Below, piece after piece: positions 52,501 to 62,332 of a stretch of DNA of 64,000 bases; position 1 is the first letter of the stretch; the number at the start of each line of letters is the position of its first letter. The position numbers and the translations under genes are program-made. This DNA comes from Nostoc sp. GTDB lineage: Bacteria > Cyanobacteriota > Cyanobacteriia > Cyanobacteriales > Nostocaceae. Location: contig JBALDB010000048.1 in assembly GCA_036918135.1 (NCBI GenBank), positions 32,001 to 96,000 of the forward strand, read 5' to 3'. Below the pieces are notes generated by a model. That model was not told the origin of the DNA and did not search any database. It worked only from the letters and a program-made list of their open reading frames with translations.

Positions 52501-53437
52501 TCCCTGGCAATGGCAACCCTCAATTCCCGGTTTAGAGCAAATGCATTGGCAGAGTTTAGGATTGGAAGAATTAGAACTACCCAGAGTCGGCGAACCAGAT
52601 ATTACTGCTCGGATTCGCCTCCAACAGCGTCTAGAAAGTTCTTTGCTCGGACAGGCGGTGTTAGATGCAGCACTAGCTCTGAAGCTGATTTTACAACACC
52701 AAGACTCTTTTACTTTGGAATTGGCTGACCAGCGGTGGATTTTGCGACGACGAGATTTAGAAAGCCAAGTATTTATTCCGTTTGTCCGCCGCTTGAACCG
52801 CGAACTCAATAAGTTATTGGTTGCTCGTGGTATTCCCACAGAAGCAATTAATCAAGCTATCCTGACTGGCGGCGTAGCTTGTGTAGGAACAGTAAATCGT
52901 TGGCTACGCCAAAAGCTCCCCAGCGCTAAAATTATTCAAGATTTATATCTCGGTGAAAACGGCGCTCCTAATTGCAGTCGAGTTGCCTATGGTTTGGCAA
53001 TGCTACCTTTGCATCCCCAGGTGTTAGATATACCCAGACAACAATACACTGATTATTTTCTGTTTACAGAATTGCTGCGCCTGCTACCAGACCGACCCCT
53101 ATCTTTCGGCGAGGTTATCCAGTTATTTGAAGCTCGTGGGATCAATACCCGCACTTGTCAGCAACGCCTGTTAGCTTTTCTGGAAGGTGAATTGCCTTCC
53201 GGTTTGATACCTTCAGTCACAGACTCAACCTGGCTTACCTACAGTTCTCAAGAAAATCCTGATTATCAAGCGATTGCCACTGCACCACTTTTTGAAAAAC
53301 AAGGCAGTCTCACCTATCGTCCCAATTCTCAACAACTTTTGTCTTTACGTCGCTATCTCAATGCGATCGAAGCTAGTAATCAGCAATCTCTAGAGGAACC
53401 ATATACGGTAAATTTCACTCTAGAGATTCATAATTAA
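49508..53437 (+). CDS. Large protein: N-terminal coiled coil, acidic linker, C-terminal Hsp70/actin-like fold
   Basis: WYLGIDLGTTG, FFIEEAIA, VINIGTTATE and ILTGG. Confidence 0.75.
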   Translation: MTSSADEIQKLIADIDNLLANGGKRLSRFLSGQGQEPKELLERIRDFLIGLQEKAVLEGSIENQSLREPHSPLLKKFVDQSHNQLLLPPSESTQEYSTVEAGELKTEFSRLIQPLRAELEGLLQERATLVQEIRQLEQKRLQNYSLAQQLTNQEQMITEFLQVLMSRLVPSFTPLVTPTSANSPSSSGEINRSNSESVTFATQPFLESPDRVEQLSQLAQDLDRRLLSLDGTVNVVFEALQHNINTYYESLSQALARMHSKGIQGEQLIASFLNNLTQYLQQQSPTESSLLGVEAETLPELLAQPTDINAEAPLQLLELIQPETSTINSEQQNTTLTEDLDAVLLQLGLDSSPSSESPVELPEDISTLIADEVDQLYASLFGTGNSPTSVTTSPSTLNIPEEMPVVPATEAEEIMTHDTSLAQVDTDVVDVSNAQAAVETTDSKEGLFFAEDTNLASAPETATNSLLVQNTQPEVADTINTLTDLLPDVGTEEVLEVPSSVNNATTTASVTPEIPEIAIAINPTDDRQESALDNYIPASPQENLLSLESNQVPVIPDISLNEEQLQQLDRDLTNFARQLNSELQPATNLDISLDVGKTQDTISTVSPEQQSENLQIATNSLVVPQEETNLDLDLKTEEKQQTTSVVESSLAANSNFINNTEVSADVLQSVWYLGIDLGTTGISATLLNSSSLVVHPIYWSAENPPGTTSFQQSFRLPTEVYLPTASVPHGENESIEAHEQTAPAAVAQEKNPAPSRATADSTNNLYSAQLKPYLQVAIPYKSERQKWEPVLQLNEFSAGPLIWVVRSLSKLLLTLKCDRASTTPSLIAVAVGISEQNFSQIINNIAGVICTCPSSWSEQYRFNVREAVLTSKLIQHPQQVFFIEEAIASLLPELDAANGEPIKLKLSQGEDSHPAKTSEHSLVGNTLVINIGTTATEMLLVDVPETLVQLTYNDFMLHSFAYAGKGIEQDIICQLLLPPKSRQSRLETQSESKTATTNPWQWQPSIPGLEQMHWQSLGLEELELPRVGEPDITARIRLQQRLESSLLGQAVLDAALALKLILQHQDSFTLELADQRWILRRRDLESQVFIPFVRRLNRELNKLLVARGIPTEAINQAILTGGVACVGTVNRWLRQKLPSAKIIQDLYLGENGAPNCSRVAYGLAMLPLHPQVLDIPRQQYTDYFLFTELLRLLPDRPLSFGEVIQLFEARGINTRTCQQRLLAFLEGELPSGLIPSVTDSTWLTYSSQENPDYQAIATAPLFEKQGSLTYRPNSQQLLSLRRYLNAIEASNQQSLEEPYTVNFTLEIHN

Positions 53438-53739
53438 AGTTAGTGTTGCTACGCAAAAGTCAAAAGCAGCTAGATTGTGAGTAAAGCTATTGTTTACTCA
53501 CAAAATTTATGGCTGTGTTCTATAGCATTATTTTTAGGATTTTTATAGTAAAATACTAAAAATTTACAATTCGCCTAGCTAACTAAAAGATTCTGTAAAA
53601 TTTAGGTTTTCGGTTTTTTTATAATTGCGCTTTTGTGTATATTGACACTCAGTAGTAAGGATAAAAATATTAAAAATCGTCTAAAAACTATGTCTAGACT
53701 ACTGATGCATAAATTATTCTTATAGATAAGTTAACTCTT

Positions 53740-54393
53740 GTGAATCATCTTTATTTTTATTCCCTTGATTGCTCGCAACAGCCCTCACATCCTTCAACTG
53801 TAAGCTTGGCAAAACGATTAATTGACATTGTTGGAGCCATTGTTGGGCTAATTATTACATTAATAGTACTAATTCCCGTAGCAATTGTTACCTGGATTCA
53901 CGAACCAAGTCCAATATTTTATTCTCAAATTCGTTGCGGTTTGAATGGAAAACCTTTCCGGATATGGAAATTTCGTTCTATGGTTATGAATGCTGAAAAA
54001 CTCAAGCATTTAGTTGAAAACCAAGCCCAAGGTCACATCTTTAAATCTATTAACGATCCTCGAATTACTCCTGTAGGTAAATTTTTGCGGCGTACCAGCT
54101 TAGACGAACTTCCCCAATTCTGGAATGTTTTGGTAGGGGACATGAGTTTAGTTGGTACTCGTCCACCGACTCTTGACGAAGTCAAGCATTACGATCCGCA
54201 TCACTGGGATAGATTGCTAGTTAAACCAGGCATTACAGGAGAATGGCAGGCTAATGGTCGCTCAAGTGTTACAGATTTTGAAACTATTGTCAAGATGGAT
54301 ATGGATTATCAACGTAAATGGTCTGTAACTTACGACGTCAGTCTAATTATGAAAACAATCTGGGTGGTTTTGAAAAAGACTGGTGCTTATTAA
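53740..54393 (+). CDS. Bacterial sugar transferase (polyprenyl-phosphate phosphoglycosyl transferase)
   Basis: KRLIDIV, KFRSM, DPRIT, SLDELPQ and KPGITG. Confidence 0.92.
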   Translation: MNHLYFYSLDCSQQPSHPSTVSLAKRLIDIVGAIVGLIITLIVLIPVAIVTWIHEPSPIFYSQIRCGLNGKPFRIWKFRSMVMNAEKLKHLVENQAQGHIFKSINDPRITPVGKFLRRTSLDELPQFWNVLVGDMSLVGTRPPTLDEVKHYDPHHWDRLLVKPGITGEWQANGRSSVTDFETIVKMDMDYQRKWSVTYDVSLIMKTIWVVLKKTGAY

Positions 54394-54454
54394 ATTGGTC
54401 ATTAGTCATTAGTCATTAGTTTTTCTCTCCATCTCCTCATCTCCCTCGTCTCCC

Positions 54455-55342
54455 TCACCCCTTAACCCCGCTACCAGTTTCCGTTGGTACAATGTAACGT
54501 TGTAAAAACAGAAATAATAATAATACTGGGGCGATCGCAATCACTGAGCCAGCTGCTACCAATCGCCAATCAAGGGAAAATGTACCTACTAGTTTGGCGA
54601 CTCCCAGAGGAAGAGTATATAAATTTTCGTCTTGGATGACAATTAAAGGCCACAAAAAGTCACTCCAAGCACCAATAAATACAAAAATAGCTAAAGTTAC
54701 TAATGCTGGGCGAATTGCTGGTAACATCACGTACCACCATAAACCTAACTCAGAACTGCCATCCATGCGGGCGGCTTCTTCTATTTCTTTAGGAACACTC
54801 ATGAAAGCTTGGCGCAACAGAAAAATCCCAAAAGCAGAAGCTAAGCTCGGAAAAATCATTCCTAGATAAGTATTTCTCAAACCCAACTGGACTGTCAAAA
54901 TATAAAGAGGAATCATTACAATCTGGAAGGGAATCATAATCGTCGAGACAATCGCCAAAAAAATCCAGTCTCGCCCCACAAATGATAACCTTGCCAATGG
55001 ATAGGCAGCTAAAGCGCAAAACAGAAGATTAAAGCCAACAGTTAGCACTGCGACTAAGGTGCTGTTATATAAATATTGTCCAAAAGGTAAAGAGTGCCAA
55101 ACACTAGAAAAGTTATCTAGTGTAGGCGATGCAGGTAACAACTGTGGCGGCGACTGCAAAATATTTTCTGTGGGTGATTTTAAGGCTGTACTGATTAACC
55201 ACAGCAAAGGAAAGAGCATCACCAGTGCGATCGCTCCTAATAGCGCATACATTAGCAGAATTTGCGAGCGTGATTTTTTGGAGTTCAGCATTTGACTGAT
55301 AACTATAAATAATATTTGATGATATTTGTTACTCATCCTCAA
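54455..55342 (-). CDS. Carbohydrate ABC transporter permease; start uncertain
   Basis: EEAARMDG EAA loop; six TM segments. Confidence 0.9.
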   Translation of the reverse strand: MRMSNKYHQILFIVISQMLNSKKSRSQILLMYALLGAIALVMLFPLLWLISTALKSPTENILQSPPQLLPASPTLDNFSSVWHSLPFGQYLYNSTLVAVLTVGFNLLFCALAAYPLARLSFVGRDWIFLAIVSTIMIPFQIVMIPLYILTVQLGLRNTYLGMIFPSLASAFGIFLLRQAFMSVPKEIEEAARMDGSSELGLWWYVMLPAIRPALVTLAIFVFIGAWSDFLWPLIVIQDENLYTLPLGVAKLVGTFSLDWRLVAAGSVIAIAPVLLLFLFLQRYIVPTETGSGVKG

Positions 55343-55346
55343 CTCT

Positions 55347-55922
55347 TTAGTCTTTAGCAGTCAACCCAGTTTCAGTCAAAACGGCTTGTAACGGTTTATC
55401 CCAAGGTTGGATAGGTAGCTGGGGTAAATAGGCAAAATCAAATACAATTCCTATAGTGGGCTTTATTAACCACTCTGGTAAACTGAGGAGGCGATCGTAA
55501 TATCCTCCGCCATAACCCAGGCGATATCCTTGATAATCGCAAGCAACACTGGGAATGAGAATTAAATCTACTTCCGTAGGATCTAAGGTTGGCGCGTTGG
55601 GATGGGGTTCAATAATGCCATAAGCGCCACTTACAACAGAATCTTGAGGCTGCCAAATATGCCAAGATAGGGATTGATTAACGCAGCGAGGAAATCCCCA
55701 ACGGTATTTGGTGTTTGTGAATAGTGGACTCAGATCTGGTTCTTGGCGAAAGCTAAAATAAGCAAGTATTGTTTTTGCTTGGGCGAACAAAGCAGAGTTT
55801 TGTAGATGAAAGCAAATGCGATCGCTTTTTTCTCTCCACTCTCGGATGGGCATTGATTGACGTGTTTTGAGTAAAGTACGACGTAGTTGTACTTTATTTA
55901 GTTGATAATTAACTGTGTCCAC
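55347..55922 (-). CDS. 5-formyltetrahydrofolate cyclo-ligase
   Basis: YGIIEP and RLGYGGGYYDR. Probable GTG start at 55922. Confidence 0.9.
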   Translation of the reverse strand: MDTVNYQLNKVQLRRTLLKTRQSMPIREWREKSDRICFHLQNSALFAQAKTILAYFSFRQEPDLSPLFTNTKYRWGFPRCVNQSLSWHIWQPQDSVVSGAYGIIEPHPNAPTLDPTEVDLILIPSVACDYQGYRLGYGGGYYDRLLSLPEWLIKPTIGIVFDFAYLPQLPIQPWDKPLQAVLTETGLTAKD

Positions 55923-55945
55923 ATTCAAAATTTGCTCAAAAAAGC

Positions 55946-55968
55946 TAGGGTGGGCACTGCCCACCCTA
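55946..55968. repeat. REP-like hairpin
   Basis: TAGGGTGGGCA-C-TGCCCACCCTA. Confidence 0.6.
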
Positions 55969-55971
55969 AAA

Positions 55972-56916
55972 TTATGTCGCGTGTTGACGATACCACTCAA
56001 TAGTATTCTTTAAGCCCTGTTGGAAACTAAAACAGGCAGTGAAATTAAAAGCAAGCTGAGCGCGTTGAGTATCTAAACAGCGCCTCGGTTGACCATTGGG
56101 CTGGTCGGTTTGCCAAACAATCTCACCCTTAAATTCCATCAAATCACAAATCAAACTCACTAAATCACGGATAGAAATTTCATCACCCCTTCCCAAATTT
56201 ACTGGTTCCGATTCATTATAGAATTGCGTACCCATGACAATTCCTCGCGCTGCATCCACAGAATACAAAAACTCGCGAGTCGGACTACCATTACCCCAAA
56301 CAAACAGTTGCTTTTGTTGTTGAATTTGAGCTTCGTGAACCTTGCGAATTAACGCCGGAATCACATGAGAACTTTCGGGATTAAAATTATCTTCCGGTCC
56401 GTATAAATTCACCGGCAACAGGTAAATACCATTAAAACCGTACTGCTGGCGGTAAGCTTGTAACTGTACTAAAAGCGCTTTTTTGGCAATTCCGTAAGGG
56501 GCGTTGGTTTCCTCCGGGTAGCCATTCCACAAATCATCTTCTTTGAATGGCACCGGAGTGAATTTTGGGTAAGCGCAGATAGTACCAATACAGACGAATT
56601 TTTCAACTCCGGCTTCATAGGCAGCATGAATCAGTTGGCTCCCCATGATTAAGTTATCGTAAAATAACTCTGCTGGTTTTTCCCGGTTGAGACCGATACC
56701 GCCAACATGAGCTGCTAAATGGATAACGATGTCTTGCTGGTCAACTGCACGCTGGCAATTTTGCCAAACTCGTAAATCGCAATCGCGGGAGCGCACGACA
56801 GTAATTTTCTCAACTGATGCCCCTGCTTGAGAAAGTTGCTCTATTACTTGACGACCGAGAAACCCTGACCCACCAGTCACCAGAATGCGTTTATTTTGTA
56901 GTTTTAAGGCGGTCAT
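55972..56916 (-). CDS. fcl: GDP-L-fucose synthase
   Basis: [19 protein letters not shown] and SHVIPALI. Confidence 0.93.
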   Translation of the reverse strand: MTALKLQNKRILVTGGSGFLGRQVIEQLSQAGASVEKITVVRSRDCDLRVWQNCQRAVDQQDIVIHLAAHVGGIGLNREKPAELFYDNLIMGSQLIHAAYEAGVEKFVCIGTICAYPKFTPVPFKEDDLWNGYPEETNAPYGIAKKALLVQLQAYRQQYGFNGIYLLPVNLYGPEDNFNPESSHVIPALIRKVHEAQIQQQKQLFVWGNGSPTREFLYSVDAARGIVMGTQFYNESEPVNLGRGDEISIRDLVSLICDLMEFKGEIVWQTDQPNGQPRRCLDTQRAQLAFNFTACFSFQQGLKNTIEWYRQHAT

Positions 56917-56938
56917 ATTTTTATCCTCTGTGCCCCAA

Positions 56939-58018
56939 TTAGAAGTGCATTACCCCAAGTTCTTGACGAAGAGTAGCAATTTCATGTGGAAATTGCGAAC
57001 CGTTGCCGTTGGGGGAAGTGTAACCTAAGGCTTGCAAGTCTGCTTCTACCATTAAGCCAACTAATTGCTCAAAGCTGACTGATGGCGTCCAGCCTAACTT
57101 TTGACGTGCTTTGCTTGAATCGCCAATCAACAACTCTACTTCCGCAGGACGCAAGTAACGTTCGTCAAACTCGACATAATCTTGCCAATTGAGATTGACA
57201 TAACTAAATGCCAACTCTAAAAACTCCCGCACTGAGTGGGTTTGCCCTGTGGCAATTACGTAATCGTCTGCTTGGTCTTGCTGCAACATCAGCCACATTG
57301 CTTTGACGTAATCTTTGGCATAGCCCCAATCTCGCTTGGCGTCGAGATTTCCCATGTAAAGCTTTTTCTGCTTTTTGGCGACGATGTTAGCTACTGCCAT
57401 CGTGATTTTACGAGTGACAAAGGTTTCACCACGACGCGGTGATTCGTGGTTAAAAAGTATGCCGTTACAAGCAAACAAGTTGTAAGATTCACGATAGTTG
57501 AGTGTTTGCCAGTGAGCGTAGACTTTGGCGCAAGCATAGGGACTGCGGGGATAAAATGGTGTTGTTTCACTTTGGGGAATTGCTTGTACTAATCCGTACA
57601 TTTCTGAGGAACCCGCTTGGTAGAAACGCACTTGGATTCCGGTACGGTGTTGATAGTCTCGAATTGCTTCTAACAAGCGCAGTGTCCCCATTCCTACTGC
57701 ATCTACAGTGTATTCTGGCGAATCAAAGCTAACTCTGACGTGGGATTGAGCGCCGAGGTTGTAGATTTCTACTGGCTGTACTTCTTCTAAGATGCGTCGC
57801 AGTGTTGTTCCATCGGTCAAATCTCCGTAGTGAAGGAATAATTGCACGCCTTGTTGATGCGGGTCTTGATAGATGTGGTCAATGCGGTCTGTGTTGAAGG
57901 TGGAAGTCCGTCTGATTATTCCATGAACTTCATAACCTTGTTCTAGCAAATACTCGCTTAGATATGAACCATCTTGACCGGTTATACCTGTGATTAACGC
58001 TCGCTTTTTTTGCCTCAT
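56939..58018 (-). CDS. gmd: GDP-mannose 4,6-dehydratase
   Basis: [15 protein letters not shown] and [15 protein letters not shown]. Confidence 0.97.
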   Translation of the reverse strand: MRQKKRALITGITGQDGSYLSEYLLEQGYEVHGIIRRTSTFNTDRIDHIYQDPHQQGVQLFLHYGDLTDGTTLRRILEEVQPVEIYNLGAQSHVRVSFDSPEYTVDAVGMGTLRLLEAIRDYQHRTGIQVRFYQAGSSEMYGLVQAIPQSETTPFYPRSPYACAKVYAHWQTLNYRESYNLFACNGILFNHESPRRGETFVTRKITMAVANIVAKKQKKLYMGNLDAKRDWGYAKDYVKAMWLMLQQDQADDYVIATGQTHSVREFLELAFSYVNLNWQDYVEFDERYLRPAEVELLIGDSSKARQKLGWTPSVSFEQLVGLMVEADLQALGYTSPNGNGSQFPHEIATLRQELGVMHF

Positions 58019-58625
58019 GCTCTTTTATGTCTTATTGTATTTGATTAAAATGTTACAGACGATCTGATACAACCTAGCAGGTAATTGCTAAATTGCCTAA
58101 CGGTAAACCTACGAGTTCTAGCTCATCTGAGAAATTTTAAGTAAATATACTTAATAAAAAGTTTTTTCATATTCTCAACTTAAGTTGAGAATATGAAAAT
58201 TTATTTGTAATTATTTACAGTTATTTTTCATTTCTGATTTTCGTTAAGACTCAATAAAGTAACTTGAGTACAATAAACTTTCGCTACTTAGTATTTTTAT
58301 ATTTTGAAAAAGGAGATAGTAAATATTATATTTAAATAAAAATTTATACTGCATTTTCTATAGCGAATAGCAAAGAACAGTATATTTGTTTAACTATGCC
58401 AATTTTGAAAAACGTAAGATAGAATCTTTACGATTACTTCTCTACGAGACGCTCCGCGTAGCTTGCTTCCACGTTCGCGTAGCGTCCCGCAGGGAAGTGG
58501 TACGCTTCACTTGTTTTGCTCGTAATAACATTTCATATTTAATTAAGTTGAGCTACTTGTCTTAAAGTAATAATTAGTACTTAGGGGCATTGACTGCCCC
58601 ACAGAATCCTCTCTCAGTAATTACT

Positions 58626-59405
58626 TCAGTATGCTCCGTTATTTTTAGGCAAAATGACGACATTAACAGTTTTCAAGATGATCCATAAGTCAAGCCAAAA
58701 ATTCCTAAATTTGACATAGTGCAGGTCTATTTGGACTCGCCGAGGGTAGGGAATGTCATTACGCCCAGACACCTGCCACAAACCAGTAATTCCTGGACGG
58801 ATTGTTAAAATTTCATCAATATGATAACCGTATTTTGGCAGTTCTTCTGCTACTAATGGGCGAGGACCAACTACACTCATATCCCCTTTTAAAACGTTCC
58901 AAAACTGAGGAAATTCGTCTAAGCTAGTAATTCGTAAAAATTGACCAATTTTAGTAATCCGTGGGTCTTGTTTTAACTTAAAACTGTTCTCAAATTCTTG
59001 CCGCAACTCAGGCGATGTTTCCATCATTTGCACCAGGATTTCGTCCGCATTGCTGACCATTGTTCGGAATTTGATACAGTTAAAAGGTTTGTAGTTTTTT
59101 CCCACCCGTTCCTGAACATAAAAAATCGGACCTTCTGAACTCAAAGCAATCAGCAAGGCCAAGATTAAGTAGACAGGAAAAAATAAAATCAACACTGACA
59201 GTGAAAAAACTATATCGAACAGTCGTTTAGCAAACTCTCCGTTTAAACCCTGAAAAGATAAACCTTTAGATTTAATAGGTTTAATAGGTTTAATTCTAGG
59301 CGTCTTTGTTTTTTGACCGCGTTTTAGAAGAGTACGCCTAGACGCTCTAGTGTCTTGCCGTACACCTCGCTTGCCGGAGAGGAGTGAGCTCTGGGCAGTC
59401 ATCAT
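58626..59405 (-). CDS. Undecaprenyl-phosphate sugar phosphotransferase (RfbP/WbaP-like)
   Basis: KRLFDIV, KFRTM, DPRIT, SLDEFPQ and RPGITGLWQVSGR. Confidence 0.92.
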   Translation of the reverse strand: MMTAQSSLLSGKRGVRQDTRASRRTLLKRGQKTKTPRIKPIKPIKSKGLSFQGLNGEFAKRLFDIVFSLSVLILFFPVYLILALLIALSSEGPIFYVQERVGKNYKPFNCIKFRTMVSNADEILVQMMETSPELRQEFENSFKLKQDPRITKIGQFLRITSLDEFPQFWNVLKGDMSVVGPRPLVAEELPKYGYHIDEILTIRPGITGLWQVSGRNDIPYPRRVQIDLHYVKFRNFWLDLWIILKTVNVVILPKNNGAY

Positions 59406-59501
59406 ACTCCTTAATAATCCACACCACACATAGTCCCAATCTTAAAGCCAAAATGATATGCTTCTGGGGGTAAATTGCCAAAAGCTTAAAAAACAAGTAT
59501 C

Positions 59502-60656
59502 TTAACCGAGACCATTATTCCAAAAAGGTCTTTTTTCGTTGCACTTGTTTACAAAATCTAGATAACGAGCTGCAAAGACTTGCGGCGAAAACTGCGCGGC
59601 GTGCGATCGCATATACTCGGAATTAAACGAACCCTGATATACTTCAAACTTTTCTACTGCCTCCACTAAAGCTGCTTGTGTTTGTGTCCTGAAGAATATA
59701 CCTGTCCCTGTATCCACACTAAAGCGAATATCTCGCACTGTTTCTAGAGCGCCCCCAGCACCATAAGCAATTACTGGCGTGCCACAGGCTTGTGCCTCCA
59801 CTAAGGCAATACCAAAATCTTCACAAGCTGCATACACAAACGCTTTAGCCCTAGCCATATATTTTTTTACCACATTATCGGGTTGCCAACCTAGTATTTG
59901 TATATTTGAGTTTGCTATTTCACAAATCTTTTTCATTTCATCTCCTGTACCAATTACTACTAATGGTCGTTTTAGTTGATTAAAAGCTTTGACAATTAAC
60001 GATACTTGCTTGTAACTTACTAGCCGGGAAACTGTGAGATAAAAATCCTCTTTTTCCTGAAAAAATGGAAATTCCCCAATATTTACAGGTGGGTAAATGA
60101 CTGTTGCTTCTCGCCGATAACAACGCCAAATCCGCCGTGCTGTGTGCTGCGAGTTAGCAATAAAGTAATCAACACGATTGGCACTTAATACATCCCACTG
60201 GCGCAAGCGATGTAATAAATATCGCGCCACCCAGCCAGGTAAACCATTACCCAGCTTACTCTGGCGCAGATAATCAAAGGTCAAATCCCAGGCATAGCGC
60301 ATAGGGCTGTGACAGTAGCAAATATGCAACTGTTCTGGAGTAGTGAGGATTCCCTTGGCAACAGCATGGGATGAAGACAGAATTACATCATAGTGGCGCA
60401 AATCCAGTTGTTCAATTGCCAAAGGCCACAAAGGCAAGTACTGTTGTATACCTTTACGGGCAAAAGGAAAGTGCTGTAGAAACGTGTTACCAATCTGACG
60501 TTTGTATAAATAACTTTCAGGATTACTAGATTCAAAATCGATGAGGGCATACAAATCAGCATCAATGTGATTCAAAATTTCCCGTACAACGAGTTCTGAA
60601 CCACCTGTGGCTTTGGGTGTCAACCACTCATGAACCAGAGCATATTTCAAGGGCAC
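59502..60656 (-). CDS. GT4 glycosyltransferase (RfbZ/WbaZ-like)
   Basis: LVHEWL..GGSE, CYCHSPMRYAWD and EDFGIALVEAQA. Confidence 0.9.
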   Translation of the reverse strand: MPLKYALVHEWLTPKATGGSELVVREILNHIDADLYALIDFESSNPESYLYKRQIGNTFLQHFPFARKGIQQYLPLWPLAIEQLDLRHYDVILSSSHAVAKGILTTPEQLHICYCHSPMRYAWDLTFDYLRQSKLGNGLPGWVARYLLHRLRQWDVLSANRVDYFIANSQHTARRIWRCYRREATVIYPPVNIGEFPFFQEKEDFYLTVSRLVSYKQVSLIVKAFNQLKRPLVVIGTGDEMKKICEIANSNIQILGWQPDNVVKKYMARAKAFVYAACEDFGIALVEAQACGTPVIAYGAGGALETVRDIRFSVDTGTGIFFRTQTQAALVEAVEKFEVYQGSFNSEYMRSHAAQFSPQVFAARYLDFVNKCNEKRPFWNNGLG

Positions 60657-60814
60657 AGCTAACTTGTAATGAATGGAAAATAGTTAGGCAACTTATGAGG
60701 TTGACTGAAAAGTTTCCCGTTGTGATTAACTAATGGGAAGCGCCCCACATTAAGGGCTAGACGCAATCTTTACCTTAGAGGTTCCAGATGGATACTGCAA
60801 CCTGATAACCTCAA

Positions 60815-60916
60815 ATTGGGGAGTGGAAATTAGGGATTGGGTACTGGGAAAACTCTTCCCTAATTACCAGTCTCTAGTACCCAGTCCCTAGTCTCTAGTC
60901 CCCACTCCCTAGTCTC
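60815..60916. repeat. STRR tracts (GGGGACT / CCCAGTC variants)
   Basis: Degenerate tandem heptamers in both orientations. Confidence 0.65.
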
Positions 60917-60938
60917 TGCAAATAGGAATGAAAAAGGT

Positions 60939-61877
60939 ATGCGAATTCTAATTATGGGTGGTACTCGGTTCATTGGTGTCTATTTGACTCAACTACTAGT
61001 GGAACAAGGACATGAGGTGGTGCTGTTTAATCGTGGAAATCGACCAACACCTTCTTTACAGGGAGTAGGACAAATTATAGGCGATCGCACTGATACTACC
61101 CAATTAAAAGCAAAATTATCACAAGAAAATTTTGATGCCATTTTTGACAATAATGGACGAGAACTCAGCGATACTCAACCATTAGTGGAGATTTTTCAAG
61201 ACCGGGTGCAACATTTTGTATATATGAGTTCGGCAGGAGTGTATCTCAAATCTGACCAACTCCCCCATGTTGAGGGTGATGCAGTAGATCCGAAAAGTCG
61301 TCACCTGGGTAAGCATGAAACCGAAGCTTACCTCAGCCAATTGGGATTACCTTTTACTTCCATTCGTCCTACTTATATTTACGGGCCACGTAATTATAAT
61401 GACTTAGAAAGCTGGTTTTTTGATAGAATCGTGCGCGATCGCCCGATTCCTATCCCCGGAAATGGATTGCATATCACTCAGTTAGGTCACGTTAAAGATT
61501 TAGCAAAGGCAATGACCCAAGTTTTAGGCAATCAACAGGCACTAAGACAGATTTATAATATCTCTGGCGATCGCTTTGTCACTTTTGATGGTTTAGCCCG
61601 TGCTAGTGCTGTAGCGGCTGGCAAATCACCTGATGCTGTGAAAATTGTCCATTACGACCCAAAGAAGTTTGATTTTGGCAAGCGCAAAGCTTTTCCGATG
61701 CGGATGCAGCATTTCTTTGCTTCCGTGAACAAAGCGCAAACAGAATTAAACTGGCATCCGGAATACGATTTAATTTCTGGATTACAAGACTCTTTCAAGA
61801 CTGATTATTTGGCTTCTAGTCGAGATGGAGCCGATATTGATTTCTCTGTGGATGAGGAGATTTTACAAGCTGTTTAA
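60939..61877 (+). CDS. NAD-dependent epimerase/dehydratase (CSP41b-like RNA-binding SDR)
   Basis: GGTRFIG, SSAGVY, RPTYIYGP and AFPMRMQHFF. Confidence 0.88.
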   Translation: MRILIMGGTRFIGVYLTQLLVEQGHEVVLFNRGNRPTPSLQGVGQIIGDRTDTTQLKAKLSQENFDAIFDNNGRELSDTQPLVEIFQDRVQHFVYMSSAGVYLKSDQLPHVEGDAVDPKSRHLGKHETEAYLSQLGLPFTSIRPTYIYGPRNYNDLESWFFDRIVRDRPIPIPGNGLHITQLGHVKDLAKAMTQVLGNQQALRQIYNISGDRFVTFDGLARASAVAAGKSPDAVKIVHYDPKKFDFGKRKAFPMRMQHFFASVNKAQTELNWHPEYDLISGLQDSFKTDYLASSRDGADIDFSVDEEILQAV

Positions 61878-61976
61878 TTGTAAGGTTTGTTGACTGCTGA
61901 CAAGTCAACATTCAACAACCAACACAAGCATTAAAGCGTACTTAGTTATAGGTAATGGGAATAAACCAATTACCTA

Positions 61977-62144
61977 CTACTCTTCATTAAGGTTAATCGC
62001 CAATTGTCGCAACTTCGCTGCTAACTTATCAGCACGTTGTTTTTCTCGTTCGGCTCGTCGCCTTTCTTGTTATAGCTGCGTAGAAATCCAATTTCCTGTT
62101 TCACTGTACCAACGTAACCACAAGCGTTCGATACCTTCGTAAGT
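61977..62144 (-). pseudogene. C-terminal remnant of a Uma2-family endonuclease
   Basis: YEGIERLWLRWYSETGNWISTQL*QERRRAEREKQRADKLAAKLRQLAIN. Confidence 0.75.
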
Positions 62145-62332
62145 GCTGCAATAAAGGTTTGGCTATCAAAAGAAAAATACTTTCTTCTACCTGGGAAAGA
62201 CGCGAGAAATTGCGCTTTTAGTTTTTACTGGAACAGAAATAAAAATTTTCTCTATTAGTTAGGCAAATCTTTTTGAGAATTACCTCAAGTTAGTGAAATT
62301 AGTTTCTGTCAATACTCTTTTTGGTTGGTAAA

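Noticed and set aside
59271..59294. 9-nt tandem repeat (IKPIKPIK) in the sugar transferase
   Set aside because: In-frame slippage in a variable N-terminal region; it cannot cause phase variation.
6260..60916. Tandem repeat tracts as possible CRISPR arrays
   Set aside because: They are 7-nt STRR units without unique spacers, and no cas genes are present.
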